Program-made: the position numbers and the translations under genes
Notes under the pieces: model-generated
What the model was told of the DNA's origin: nothing
The model's input: the letters and a program-made list of their open reading frames with translations, nothing else
Databases searched by the model: none
Shown: piece after piece, positions 51,424 to 63,793 of the stretch
Numbering within the stretch: position 1 is the first letter of the stretch
Layout: each line of letters opens with the position of its first letter
Assembly (NCBI GenBank): GCA_964016885.1
Contig: OZ024740.1
Location: forward strand, 399,900,001-399,964,000
Reading direction: 5' to 3'
DNA: 64,000 nucleotides
Origin: Eledone cirrhosa
Lineage: Eukaryota

Positions 51424-54400
51424 ACGGATGTGTTAAGAGTAGGATGTTTAAATGCACGTGGCCTGGGCTCAACTTGGAAGCAAGCAAAGCTTCTAAATGA
51501 CCTCAGGTCATGTGGTACAAATGTAATGATTATCTGTGAGACTCGGATCAGCGTCGTGCGGCAGCTGGCCCCTACCTTCGATGACTTTGAGGTGCATGCA
51601 TCTCTCTGTCAACCTGGAGGTGGGGGTGGGGTTGTCGTACTGCTGCAAATACACCTGGGTCTTGCCGTACAGGTTGTGCACTCGGACCCGGAGGGTCGTT
51701 TGTTGGTGCTAGACGTTGGTAGTAGTGAAGGTGCGGCCTTAAGACTGGTCGCCGTCTACTCCCCTTTCGGAGCTGAACGGCCCGACTTCTTCCAGCGTTT
51801 AGAGACTTTTCTGGGAACGTCGCATTCCCTGCTTCTAGCGGGGGATTGGAATGACATCCTAGATGCACGTTGGGACTATGCAGGAGCATGTCCTAATAGA
51901 GGGGGGTGTAACAGCCTCAATGGGTTACTCAACCGTTTTAACTTGGTCGATAGATATCGACTAGATTTTCCAACTGTGCCTACCTGGACTTGGAGAAACC
52001 ACAGTGGTCAATCTAGATCGTACTTAGATAGATTCTTAGTTATAAGTAAGGATAGGGACATATTAAGCTGTCCAGAAATGCGCACGGTTGGCTAGACGGA
52101 TCACAAATTAGTGACCTGCGTAGTCAATCTCGAGAAAACACATAAACAGGGCCCCGGTTACTGGAAACTTAATTTGTCTTTACCGGCAAAAGAGACTTAC
52201 AGAAACCGGATTAGCAGATTAGTTAAGGAGAGGTTGACGGGTGCAATCGTCAACAACCGATGGTGGGCATCTCTCAAAAGAGAGATTAAAACAGAATCAA
52301 TAAGTTATAGCAAGATGTTAGCTGCCGATAGGAATAGAAACGAGAAAGAATTAACAGGTAAATTAGAAGAGGCAATCAAGAGCGAAGATGTGGCCAGAGT
52401 GCTGGCATCGAGGACGGCCTTGAACCAGTTTTTCGATGCAAAGCACGAAGGCTGCGTCATTCGAAGTAAAATACGTGCTCTAGGTAATGAGGGGGCCAAA
52501 GCCGTTGGCTGGGCCCGCGTGACAGAAGCTAAGAGTGGAAATCGATCCACCATCCGGTCGTTGCAAGACGAAGATGGACGGGTGATCCGGGAGCCTAAGC
52601 AGATGTGCGAGGCCTTTCAAAGGCACTTTGCCCGATTGTTCGGGGGAGGCGAGGGTCCGGGCGGGGGCGTGGATTTCGGTCCATACCTCGACGGCCTGCC
52701 GCGTCTCTCGAGCGAAGAGGCAGAGTCCTGCGAGGGACCAATCTCGGCTGATGAGATCGGAGATGCGCTGAGCCAATGCAGCAGACGCAAATCTCCAGGT
52801 CTCGATGGTCTTCCATACGAACTTTATTTAGCAATGCCGGTCTTCTTCTCCGAACTCCTCGAAGCGGTCTACTGCAATTGGCAGCAGAACGGGAGAATTC
52901 CTTGTTCTGTAGCCAAGGGCGTAGTCACGCTGATAAGGAAGGACGAGAACAAGGGAGATAGTATAAATAATTTTCGGCCCATAACCCTGCTAAACACAGA
53001 GTTAAAGATTTTGGCCAAGGTGTTAGCAAAGAGGTTGGCGCTTGTCGTGGGTGGCCTGGTGGGAGATGCGCAGACATGTGCTATCCCATCCAGGTCCATT
53101 CACGATAACCTCCACCTCATGCGATACATCATAGAGAGGGTTGGCAACAAACCCGGCTTCGGTGGGGCCCTGATCAACTTGGATCAGTCTAAGGCCTTCG
53201 ATAGGGTCGACCTTGGTTACCTGGATGCGGTGCTAGCGGCGGCTGGGTTCGGTCCTGTTTTCAGAGGCTGGATCACTGCCTTACATAGCAACCACATCTG
53301 TTCTAGGATCAAGGTGAACGGCTACCTTTCGAAGCCGTTCGAAATCACACGATCCATTCGAAAGGAGTGCCCTCTCTCCTCCCTTCTGTACGTATTGACT
53401 CTCGAGCCTTTACTGAGGAAGTTGGAGTTGTTGCAGGGTATCCCCCTGGAACCAGGATTGAGCAAAGCGGTGTTGGCCTACGCCGATGACGTAACAGTAA
53501 TGGTATCGACCGACTCGGAGATCGAGGCGATCGGTACCTTACTGGAGGATTACGAAAGGTTGTCAGGAGCGAAACTGAACCGGGAAAAATCCATCGGGCT
53601 GCAACTCGGAACGTGGAGAGGCAGACCGATGCCTCCCGACGGTGTCGTCGGATACTGGACGGAGGGCCCGGTAAAGTTGCTTGGGGTCTGGTTTGGACCG
53701 GACCTCCAGGTGGAAAAGAACTGGAACGAGGTTACGAACAAGGTGTTTGCACTAACCCAGAAATGGGCCAAGTGTAAGCTGTCCCTAAAAGGCCGGGCGG
53801 AGGTGGCGAACATTTACATAGCGTCCGTCACTTACTACCGCCTGACTGTCGTGCCTTGCCCTAAGGAAACACTCACCACCATGGAACGCCTGCTCTTCCA
53901 ATTTCTTTGGAAGAAGCGCCCTCCTATAGTGAGAAGATCCATCTGCTGCCAACAACCTTCGAAAGGAGGGCTGGGGATGCCGTGGTTGATGATGCGTAGG
54001 CACGCATTAAGGCTACGGCACCTACAGGTATTCCTCACTGGTCAACCCGTGTGGGCTCTGTTCGTGAAACGAGCCTTTCCGAGACTCGTCTCGCTCACCG
54101 AGCTACAGTCCTGGGTCAAGCAAAGATCCGGAAAACTGGGAGACTGGCACACTGAGTGTGCTCAGGCGCTCAGGGCTCTCTGGCAAGCGGGCCAGGCCAT
54201 CGGTGGAGAATCCACCTCATCATTCTATAGAGGGCTGGTGGCTAGCAGGGGCGATGACACCCTCGGAGAGTCGCTAGACACGGAGGAAGACGAACTGGTC
54301 AGCCTGTTCGGTAGGACTTTCGGCCCAGGACCAATGGACAACTTCCAGAAGTCACTGGCCTGGCAGTGCTACCGAGGGGCTCTACCCGTTCGAGAGAGGC

Positions 54401-54861
54401 TCTACAGACACGGGCGCCCGGGCAGGGATCCCTCAAAAAAGATTTGCCCTAGATGCGTGCGTCACGAAGAAACCGTTGCGCACGCATTGGTGCAATGTCC
54501 GGGCGTGGCTGATCTGTGGGGCTACGCCGAACGACTGCTGTCGCGGGTGGCGCCAATTCAATTGACCGCCGAGTCCGTGATGACAATCAAGCCGCCTCCC
54601 CTCTTCACAAAGGAAGCAAAGGCGGTTTTTCTGTGCGTAATAGCCATGTTGAAAGAGGTTGTTTGGTGGACACGATTGAAAGGTCTGAGGTCAGGCAACT
54701 TCCTCTCTGGCCATAGTCTGGTCTACTTCTTCCGATATCACTTCGGAAGAAGGATAAGAATGGAGAGAGAGGTGCTTGGCCACAGGCAGTTTTATGAAAG
54801 GTGGGTGATAGTGGCGAGAATGGCTCGTGTAAATGGGCCTTCTCTGTATACCATCCTGTAG
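51424..54861 (+). pseudogene. ORF2 of copy D (no AUG; single in-frame TAG at 52093-52095; QG motif changed to KE)
   Basis: 51430-52095 and 52111-54861 lie in the same frame and cover the full APE-RT. Confidence 0.85.
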
Positions 54862-55097
54862 GTAAAGAAGTAAAGGAGAGGGGAGCACCTTCTCCATGTG
54901 CTCCCCGGGCAAAGGATTGCACACTTTTTCGGGGGGTGTGTGCAACCCCCATCACGTCCCCTCCCTTTCGAGATTATTTTCGATTATTTTCATGTTATAC
55001 CCTTTTTACTCGATTGTATGTAAACTTCCCCCTTTGTATTTGTCCCTTCTTTTTATGCCTTTATGGTAAATAAAGAAATATATCTATCTATCTATCT

Positions 55098-57770
55098 TTT
55101 CGGTCCCGTGTTCAGAGGATGGATCGAGGCGATGCACACCATTTTTATATTTTTTACACGACTGTATGTAAAATCTCCGGCATGTCTTTGTATTGCGGAG
55201 GCGAAAAGTGGCAACAAGTCCACGATTCGGTCTTTGAAAGCCCAACACGGACGCGTGCTACTTGACCCCAAGCAAATGTGCGCGGCCTTTCAGCTGCACT
55301 TTGCGCGACTATTTGAGTAGAACGACGGTGAGCCGAACGGGGAAATGGACTTTAGTTCATACCTCGACGGCCTGCCGCGTCTCTCGAACACGGACGCCGA
55401 GTTCTGCGAAAGACCGATCACGGACACTGAGATACGGGACACTCTGGGCCGCTGCGGGAAACGCAAGTCACCCGGTCTAGATGGTCTACCCTACGAATTT
55501 TACATAGGCATGCCGGACTTGTTCTCTGGCGTCCTCGAAGCCGTCTACTGCAATTGGCAGCAGAACGGGAGAATTCCCAGTTCTGCAGGCAAGGGCGTAG
55601 TAACGCTGATCAGGAAAGACGAGAACAAGGGGGACGAAATTAACAACTTCAGGCCCATAACTCTGCTCAACACAGAGTTAAAGATTTTGGCCAAGGTGCT
55701 AGCGACGAGGCTGGCGCTTGTCGTCGAGAACCTGGTAGGGAAAGCGCAAACGTGTGCAATCCCGACCAGGTCCATACACGACAACCTCCACCTCATGCGA
55801 TACATCATAGAGAGTGTGGGTAGTAAACCCGGCTTCGGTGGGGCTCTGATCAACTTAGATCAGTCTAAGGCATTCGATAGGGTCGACCATCGATACTTGG
55901 AAGCGGTTCTCAAGGCGGCCGGTTTCGGTCCCGTGTTTAGAGGATGGATCGAGGCGATGCACACCAACATCTGCTCGAGGGTCAAGGTGAACGGCTACCT
56001 ATCGGAGCCATTCGCAATCACGCGTTCCATTCGACAGGGATGCCCTCTCTCCTCCATTCTGTATGTATTGACTCTAGAGCCACTACTGCGGAAATTGGAG
56101 GTGTTGCAGGGCATCCCCCTAGAACCGGGACTGCGCAAAGCGGCGTCGGCTTATGCCGACGACGTAACGGTAATGGTGTCGAGCACCTCGGAAATCGGGG
56201 TGATCGGCAACTTACTGAAAGAATACGAAACGCTGACGGGAGAAAAACTAAACCCGGACAAGTCTGTCGGTTTGCAACTCGGTACGTGGAGAGGCAAACC
56301 GATGACATCCGACAGCGTCGTTGGACGCTGGACGGACGGACCGGTGAAATTGCTCGGGGTCTGGTTCGGTCCAGACCTCCAGGTGGAGAAAAACTGGAAC
56401 GAGGTCACGGCCAAGGTGTTTGCACTCACTCAGAAGTGGGCAGAGTGCAAACTGTCCTTGAAAGGTCGAGCGGAGGTGGCGAACACTTTCATAGCGTCCG
56501 TCATCTACTACCGCTTGACTGTCGTGCCTTGTCCCCGTGAACACCTCGCCTAGATGGAACGCATGCTCTTCCAGTTTCTGTGGAAGAAGCAGGCTCCGCT
56601 GGTGAGGAGATCCGTCTGCTGTCAGCACCCTTCCAACGGAGGGCTGGGAATGCCGTGGCTGATGATGCGCAAACATGCGCTGAGGCTGCGGAATTCCAGG
56701 TATTCCTCACCGACCCCCAACCGGTGTGGGCACCGTTTGTGAGACAGGCTTTCCCACAGCTCGTCTCGCTAACGGAGCTGCAGTCCTGGGTGAAGAAAAG
56801 ACCGAAAACGATGGGCGCCTTGCACATTGAATGCGCTCAGGCGCTCACAGTCCTTTGGCAAGCGGGCGCAGCAATCAGTGGAGACTCCACTTCGACATTC
56901 TATAGAGGGATTGTACGTTACAAGCGCGACGACGTGCTCGGAGAGACTCTGGGCGTCGAAGACGATGAGCTCACCAGTATGTTTGGTAGGACTTTCCGCC
57001 CGGGACCTATGGACAACTTCCAGAGGTCCCTGGCCTGGTAGTGCTACCGAGGAGCTCTACCGGTTCGTGACAAGATCTACAGGCACGGACGCCCTGGCAG
57101 GGATCCTTCCAAGAGGACGTGTCCAAGATGTGCGCAGGACATTGAAACAGTTCTGCACGCAATTGTACACTGCCCGGGCGTAAGCGACCTGTGGAACTAT
57201 GCAGAACAACTGCTGTCGCGTATGGGACAAATCCAGTTGACTACCGAGTCCATAGTAAGGATCAAACAGCCAGCCTCTTTCAAAAACGAAAGAGAGTCGG
57301 TTTTCCTCTGTATGGTGGCTATGGTGAAAGAAGTTATATTGTGGACGAGGTTGAGAGGACTGAGGACAGATGCCTTTCTCTCCGGACAACAATTGATTCC
57401 CTTCTTTAAGTATCACTTTAGAAGGAGAATCAGGGTGGAAAGAGAGGCACTGCACCCCAGTAAATTTACTGAAAGGTGGGTGAATGAAGCGAAAATGGCC
57501 CGAGTGATTGGGCCTTCTCTGTTTATAAGCCTGTAGGTTGAGGAAGAGAGCAAAAGGAAGAAAGGAGCACTTGCACAACACGCTCCTGGAGTTGAGGGTT
57601 GTTCTATCGACGGGGTATTAAACAAACCATTTGTGGCGCCTCCCCCCTACTGGGGATTTCGATTGTTGTAATTGTTTGTTTTTATATCTTTTACACGACT
57701 GTATGTAAAATCCCCGGCATGTCTTTGTATTGTCCCCTTTTCTTGTTGCGCCCTTGTGGCTAATAAAGAA
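55098..57770 (+). mobile_element. Tx1-clade copy E, 5'-truncated, disrupted, with templated patches at its 5' junction
   Basis: ORF2 remnant 55196-57536 with stops at 55318, 56551 and 57039 and a frameshift; 3' end most like A. Confidence 0.9.
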
Positions 57771-57993
57771 ATCTATCTATCTATATCCGGATGGCATAGA
57801 CGTTCTTCACATCGGCTCCGCGAATATTGGAGATATTACGTGTTAACAGTAAGTGTTTGTCTGTATTCTTGCGTTATTGTGTTAATTAACCCCCTTGCCT
57901 GGGTCTTCGGACATTAGGGTTAATTTATTTCACCCCTCCTGGGGTGAAATTTTTCATCCTAAAAATCTTGCAATTGTCTCTACGCTAGTGGTA

Positions 57994-59959
57994 ATGGAAG
58001 CCATTACCACAGGTAACGATGACACGCTCACCAAACAAACTGAAGGAGAGCCGGTAGCTGAGGCAACAAGCCACCCTACTGAAAGAATAATGATTATTAG
58101 AAACATTGAAAAAATGGAACCTAACCCTAATGAAAAAAATGTGAAAAAAATTAACTCGGAGAAATTGCCAAAATTAATGGATGCCGTTTCGACTTTTCAC
58201 AGCGCCACGCCCACCAGCACAGGTGAAAGAGAAGTAGTAGCTGTAACTACAAGTCTCTCGGATAATGAAAATATAAGTGAAGATTTTAAAAAAATGGAGT
58301 CTAACCCCAAAGGGGAAAAAAATGTGAACGAATACACCAACATAAATAACACAAACACAACAAAAACTACTTTCGCCCAGACAACAAAAAAATCAATCAC
58401 ATATACACCTATTGACTTAACTGCCACCACAGAGAAACTGGCAGAAGCAAAAAAGCACGTAGTCTTGGGGGAGAACGGAATGTTTTCCATTAATCCCCCC
58501 CCCAGAATTCAAGAAAACGAGACAAGAAAACACTGTTCTGTTTAGAACAGTCCTAAACAGCACAAGGAAGCCAGCACAACCCACCCAAACGGAGATAGAG
58601 TTGGTCCTAAAAGACCATATGAAGAATATTCTCTTCATACGAAAGGACCGACTCTATGGCAGCATTTCTTGTTTTAACAAAAGACAAAGAAACAGCACAG
58701 AGGCTTTCCATAAGCCTACTCACATCAACAGCATACAGTTTCTATCCCTCCTACATGGGTAGAAGAACTCAGAGAATCAAAATACAGACAATGCTGCCCA
58801 CAATGGACTTTTGGTGGGCTATTGCTGGCTTCATAGACATGGGCGAGGACACAGTGCTGTCAATGGGGAAGGCATCTGGAGATGCGTTCCTGGGAATGGG
58901 CCTCGACCTACTAGTACAAATGAGGCCCGAAAGAATAGCGCAAATCCCGGATCGCATCTGGCTGGATGACCTCACCCCAATATATATAATTGTAGAGGGG
59001 AGAAGACCAGCATGCTATTCATGCACGGAAAGGGGACACGTTAAGGCTAACTGCCCGAATCGTATCCCCCCAAAAGGACTATTGCCCACACCCACCACAA
59101 ACAGTACACCAACACCACCCACCTCCAAAAATACACTAACACCACCAACACGCACAGCAAACAAAATACAGACACCACCAACCACAAGCACAACACAAAC
59201 ATCACCACCACCAGAACCAAACACAAGCACGACACAAAAATCACCACCACCATCACCAACCACAAGCACGACACAAACATCACCACCACCACCACAAAAC
59301 ACATTCCAAACAAATAATAAAAAAAACAGCAACAATTCTACCCTCCCCCGCAAAAAAAAAAAAAACCAGACACCACGTCCCTCCCACCTAGCGCTGAAGA
59401 GTTTCCCCCAACTTCTGAAGAAGAAGGAGGAGAAGCCTTCAGACAAGTTAAAAGGAAAAAACGAAAGCACACACCCAGCACACCACAACAACAAATAACC
59501 CACACACAAACACCAACTCCAATCAAAAACACCCCACCCTCGACAAATAAAAATAAATCTGCGCCTCCCCTCTTCGAAACATTGACAGCATCACAAAAAA
59601 AAGACTTTACAATACACATATATAAATAAAGAAAACAAAAAACTGTTTAAATTAATAAACAATAGCCCTTTGGTGCAGACCGAAGGGCCAAACTTTATCT
59701 CAACAGAGAACTTCACTCATTTAAAAATGATAAAGGTCCCTCTGGACCTTTATCGTTCCTTAAAAGAACAATTTAAACAGGACGTGAGCCTCCCCTGTTT
59801 AAAACCGTTAAATTGTGTCCCCTTGAAAGACTTCCCCATAACCTCCCCTCTCCCTGACACAACTCCAAATACCCCACACCGCCACAAACCATCCCTCCAC
59901 CCAACACACCCGACCCCATGGAAATTACGCAACCCGGACTCCGGGAAACGGAGAGGTAG
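57994..59959 (+). pseudogene. ORF1 of copy F
   Basis: CYSCTERGHVKANC knuckle; ends MEITQPGLRETER-TAG; several frameshifts, some in homopolymers. Confidence 0.8.
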
Positions 59960-59990
59960 GTGCTTTTCTTTCTTCACTTTCAACACCAAA

Positions 59991-62900
59991 ACACATCAAT
60001 TGAGAGTTGGTTGTTTGAATGCGCGTGGCCTGGGCTCAGCTTGGAAGCAAGCAAAGCTTCTAAGTGATCTCAGGTCACGAAGTATAGATGTGATGGTTGT
60101 TTGCGAGAGTCGGATCAGCAGCGTGCGACAGCTGGCTCCCGCCTTCGATGACTTTGAGATGCACGCATCTCTCTATCAACCCGGAGGTGGGGGTGGGGTT
60201 GCCGTACTGCTGGATAAACGTCTGGCTCTCGACGTACAGATTGTTCACTCGGACCCGGGGGGTCGATTACTGGTGCTGGACGTCGGAGGTGGTGAAGGCG
60301 GGGCTTTCAGACTGGTCGGTCTTTATGCCCCCTTCGGGGCTGAAAGAGCCGACTTCTTCCAGTGTCTGGAGACTTTTCTAGGAACGTCGCGTTCCCTGCT
60401 TTTAGTGGGGAACTGGAATGGAATCCTAGATGCGCGTTTGGGCATGTCCCGATAGAGGGGGGTGTAGCAGCCTCAAGGGGTTACTCGATCGATTCGACCT
60501 GGTCGATAGATTTCGACTAGATTTTCCAACTGTGCCAACCTGGACTTGGGCAAACCGCAGTGGTCAATCTAGATCGTACCTAGATAGGTTTTTGGTTAGG
60601 AGTAAGGATAGGGACGTATTTAGTTGTCCAGAATTGCTCATGGTTGGCTATTCAGATCACAAATTAGTGACCTGCGTGGTCAACCTTGATAGAACGCATA
60701 GACAAGGTCCCGGATACTGGAAGATGAACTTGTCATTGCCGGCAAAGGAAGCTTACAGGAACCGGATTAGTAGCTTAGTTAAGATGCGGTTGACGGGAGC
60801 GATCGTCAACAGCAGGTGGTGGGTATCTCTAAAGAGAGAGATTAGAGTAAGTTCGATAGGTTACAGTAAGGAACTAGCGGCGAATAGAAATAGGAGGGAA
60901 AGAGAGTTGACAGATAAACTAGAAGAGGCGATTAGGAGCGGAGACGTGGCCAGAGTGTTAGCGTCGAGAACGGCGTTGAGCCAGTTCTTTGACGCGAAGC
61001 ACGAAGGCTGCGTTGTCCGAAGTAAAATACGTGCTTTAGGAAACGAGGGGACCAAAGCTGTTAGCTGGGCCCGCGTGACAGAAGCCAAGAGTGGGAATAA
61101 ATTCACCATTCGGTCTTTGCGAGACCAGGATGGACGGGTGATCCTTGAACCGGATGTGCGAGGCCTTTCAAAGGCACCTAGCTCGACTGTTCGGAGGGGG
61201 CGGGGGGCCGGACGGGGATGCGGACTTCGGTCCATACCTCGACGGTCTACCGCGTCTTTCGAGCGGCGAAGCGGAGTGCTGCGAAAGGCCAATCACAGCC
61301 ACTGAAATCGGGGAAGCGCTCAGCCAATGCAGCAGACGCAAATCTCCGGGTCTCGATGGTCTACCATACGAACTTTATTTAGCTATGCCGGTCTTTTTCT
61401 CCGAACTCATCGAGGCTGTCTATTGCAACTGGCAACAGAACGGGAGAATTCCCTGTTCTGTGACCAAGGGCGTAGTCACGCTAGTGAGGAAGGACGAGAG
61501 CAAGGGGGACGACTTAAGTAACTTTAGGCCCATAACTCTGCTGAATGCAGAGTTAAAGATTTTGGCCAAGGTGTTAGCGAAGAGGTTGGCGCTTGTGGTG
61601 GGTGGCTTGGTGGGAGACGCGCAGTCATGCGCTATCCCGTCCAGGTCCATTCACGACAACCTCCACCTCATGCGATACATCGTAGAGAGGGTTGGGAACG
61701 TACTCGGCTTTGGTGGGGCCCTGATCAACTTGGATCAATCTAAGGCGTTCGATAGGGTCGACCAGGGTTACCTGGATGCGGTGCTAGCGGCGGCGGGCTT
61801 CGGACCCGTTTTCAGGGGCTGTATTTCTGCCATGCACAGTGGCAACGTCTGCTCTAGGGTTAAAGTAAACGGCTACCTCTCGGAGCCGTTTCAAATCACC
61901 CGGTCCATCAGGCAGGGGTGCCCCCTCTCCTCCCTTCTGTACGTATTAGCTCTCGAGCCACTGCTGCGGAAGTTGGAGTTGCTGCGGGGCATACCCCTGG
62001 AACCGGGATTGCACAAAGCGGTCTCGGCCTATGCCGACGACGTAACAGTAATGGTGGCGGACACCTCGGAAATCGGGGCGATCGCCACCCTACTGGAGGA
62101 ATACGAAAGGCTGACGGGGGCTAGGCTGAACCGGGACAAGTCAGTCGGTTTGCAACTCGGAACGTGGAGGGGCAAACCGATGCCGTTAGACGGTGTCGTC
62201 GGACGGTGGACGGAGGGCCCGGTGGAGCTGCTCGGAGTCTGGTTCGGACCGGACCTCCAGGTGGAGAAGAATTGGGGCGAGGTGACGAGCAGGGTGTTTG
62301 CGCTGACCCAGAATTGGGCCAAGTGCAAACTATCACTGAAAGGTCGGGCGGAGGTGGCGAACGCTTACATAGCGTCCGTCATCTACTACCGCCTGACCGT
62401 CGTGCCTTGCCCTAAGGAAACGCTCACCATCATGGAGCGCATGCTCTTCCAGTTCCTCTGGAAGAAGCGGCTTCCCATGGTGAGGAGATCCATCTGCTGC
62501 CAGCACCCTTCGAAAGGAGGGCTGGGTATGCTGTGGCTGTTGATGCGTAGGCACGCATTGAGGCTACGGCATCTACAGGTATTCCTCACCGGTCAGCCGG
62601 TGTGGGCCCCGTTTGTGAGGCGAGCCTTCCCACAGCTCGTCTCGCTCACCAAGCTGCAATCCTGGGTGAAGCAAAGACCGAGAAAACTGGGCAACTGGCA
62701 CACCGAGTGTGCCCAGGCGCTCACGGCTCTCTGGCAAGCGGACCCGACTATCAGTGGCGAATCCACCTCGACATTCTATAGAGGGCTGGTGGCTAGCAGG
62801 GGCGACGACACCTTTGGAGAGTCGCTAGGCATGGAGGAGGACGAACTGGCCAGCCTGTTCGGTAGAACTTTCGGCCCGGGACCCATGGACAACTTCCAGA

Positions 62901-63381
62901 GGTCCCTAGCCTGGCAGTGCTACCGGGGGGCTCTGCCCGTTCGAGAAAAGCTCTACAGACACGGGCGCCCGGGCAGGGATCCCGCGAAAAAGATCTGTCC
63001 CAGATGCGTGCGCGACGAGGAAACCGTTGCGCACGCACTGGTACACTGCCCGGGCGTTGCCGATCTGTGGGGCTACGTCGAACGACTGCTGTCGCGTGTC
63101 GTGCCGATTCGATTGGCCGCCGAGTCCGTGGTGAACATCAAGCCGTCTCCTCCCTTCAGAAATGAAGCAGAGGCGGTCTTTCTATGCGTAATAGCCATGA
63201 TGAAAGAGGTTGTGTGGTGGACACGCCTGAAAGGTCGGGTGACTTTCTCTCCGGCCAACACCTGGTTTACTTCTTCCGATACCACTTCGGAAGAAGGATC
63301 AGGATGGAGAGAGAAGTGCTTGGCCCCAGACAGTTTTATGAAAGGTGGGTGAAAGCGGCGAGAATGGCTCGTGTTCTGTAG
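59991..63381 (+). pseudogene. ORF2 of copy F
   Basis: APE-RT pieces in different frames (shifts near 60435, 61150 and 63235); YADD present. Confidence 0.85.
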
Positions 63382-63624
63382 GTGAAGAAGTGAAGAGGAA
63401 AGGGGGAGCGCCTCCTCTCTGGGCTTCCCCCGGGAAAAGGGTTGCACACTTTTCGGGGGTATGTGCAATCCCCAACACGCCCCCTCCCTTTTGAGGACTT
63501 TTTATTATTATATTATTTTATTGTTATTCCTTTTTTCTTTACTCGCATTTATGTAAACTCCCCCTGTGTATTTGTCCCCTTCTTTTGTGCCCTCGTGGCA
63601 AATAAATAGAAATCTATCTATCTG

Positions 63625-63709
63625 CCCCCCCCTCTCTCTCTCTATATATATATATACACATAAGTTCACACACACATACACATACAGATACACACATTAA
63701 CACACACAT

Positions 63710-63788
<79 letters not shown>
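63625..63788. repeat. Compound (CT)/(CA)/(TA) microsatellite downstream of the array
   Basis: Read directly. Confidence 0.9.

Positions 63789-63793
<5 letters not shown>

Larger units (their letters stand above)
49255..55078 (+). mobile_element. Tx1-clade copy D, full length
   Basis: 5'UTR homologous to A; ORF1, ORF2, 3'UTR, then ATCT repeats. Confidence 0.9.
57788..63611 (+). mobile_element. Tx1-clade copy F, full length, multiply frameshifted
   Basis: 5'UTR hairpins, ORF1 and ORF2 remnants, 3'UTR ending AATAAATAGAA then (ATCT)3. Confidence 0.9.

Noticed and set aside
37399-62328. Recurrent antisense ORFs (e.g. MIRAPPKPG..., MDLLPL...) in every copy
   Set aside because: Expected shadows of a conserved GC-rich ORF2; short, with inconsistent starts
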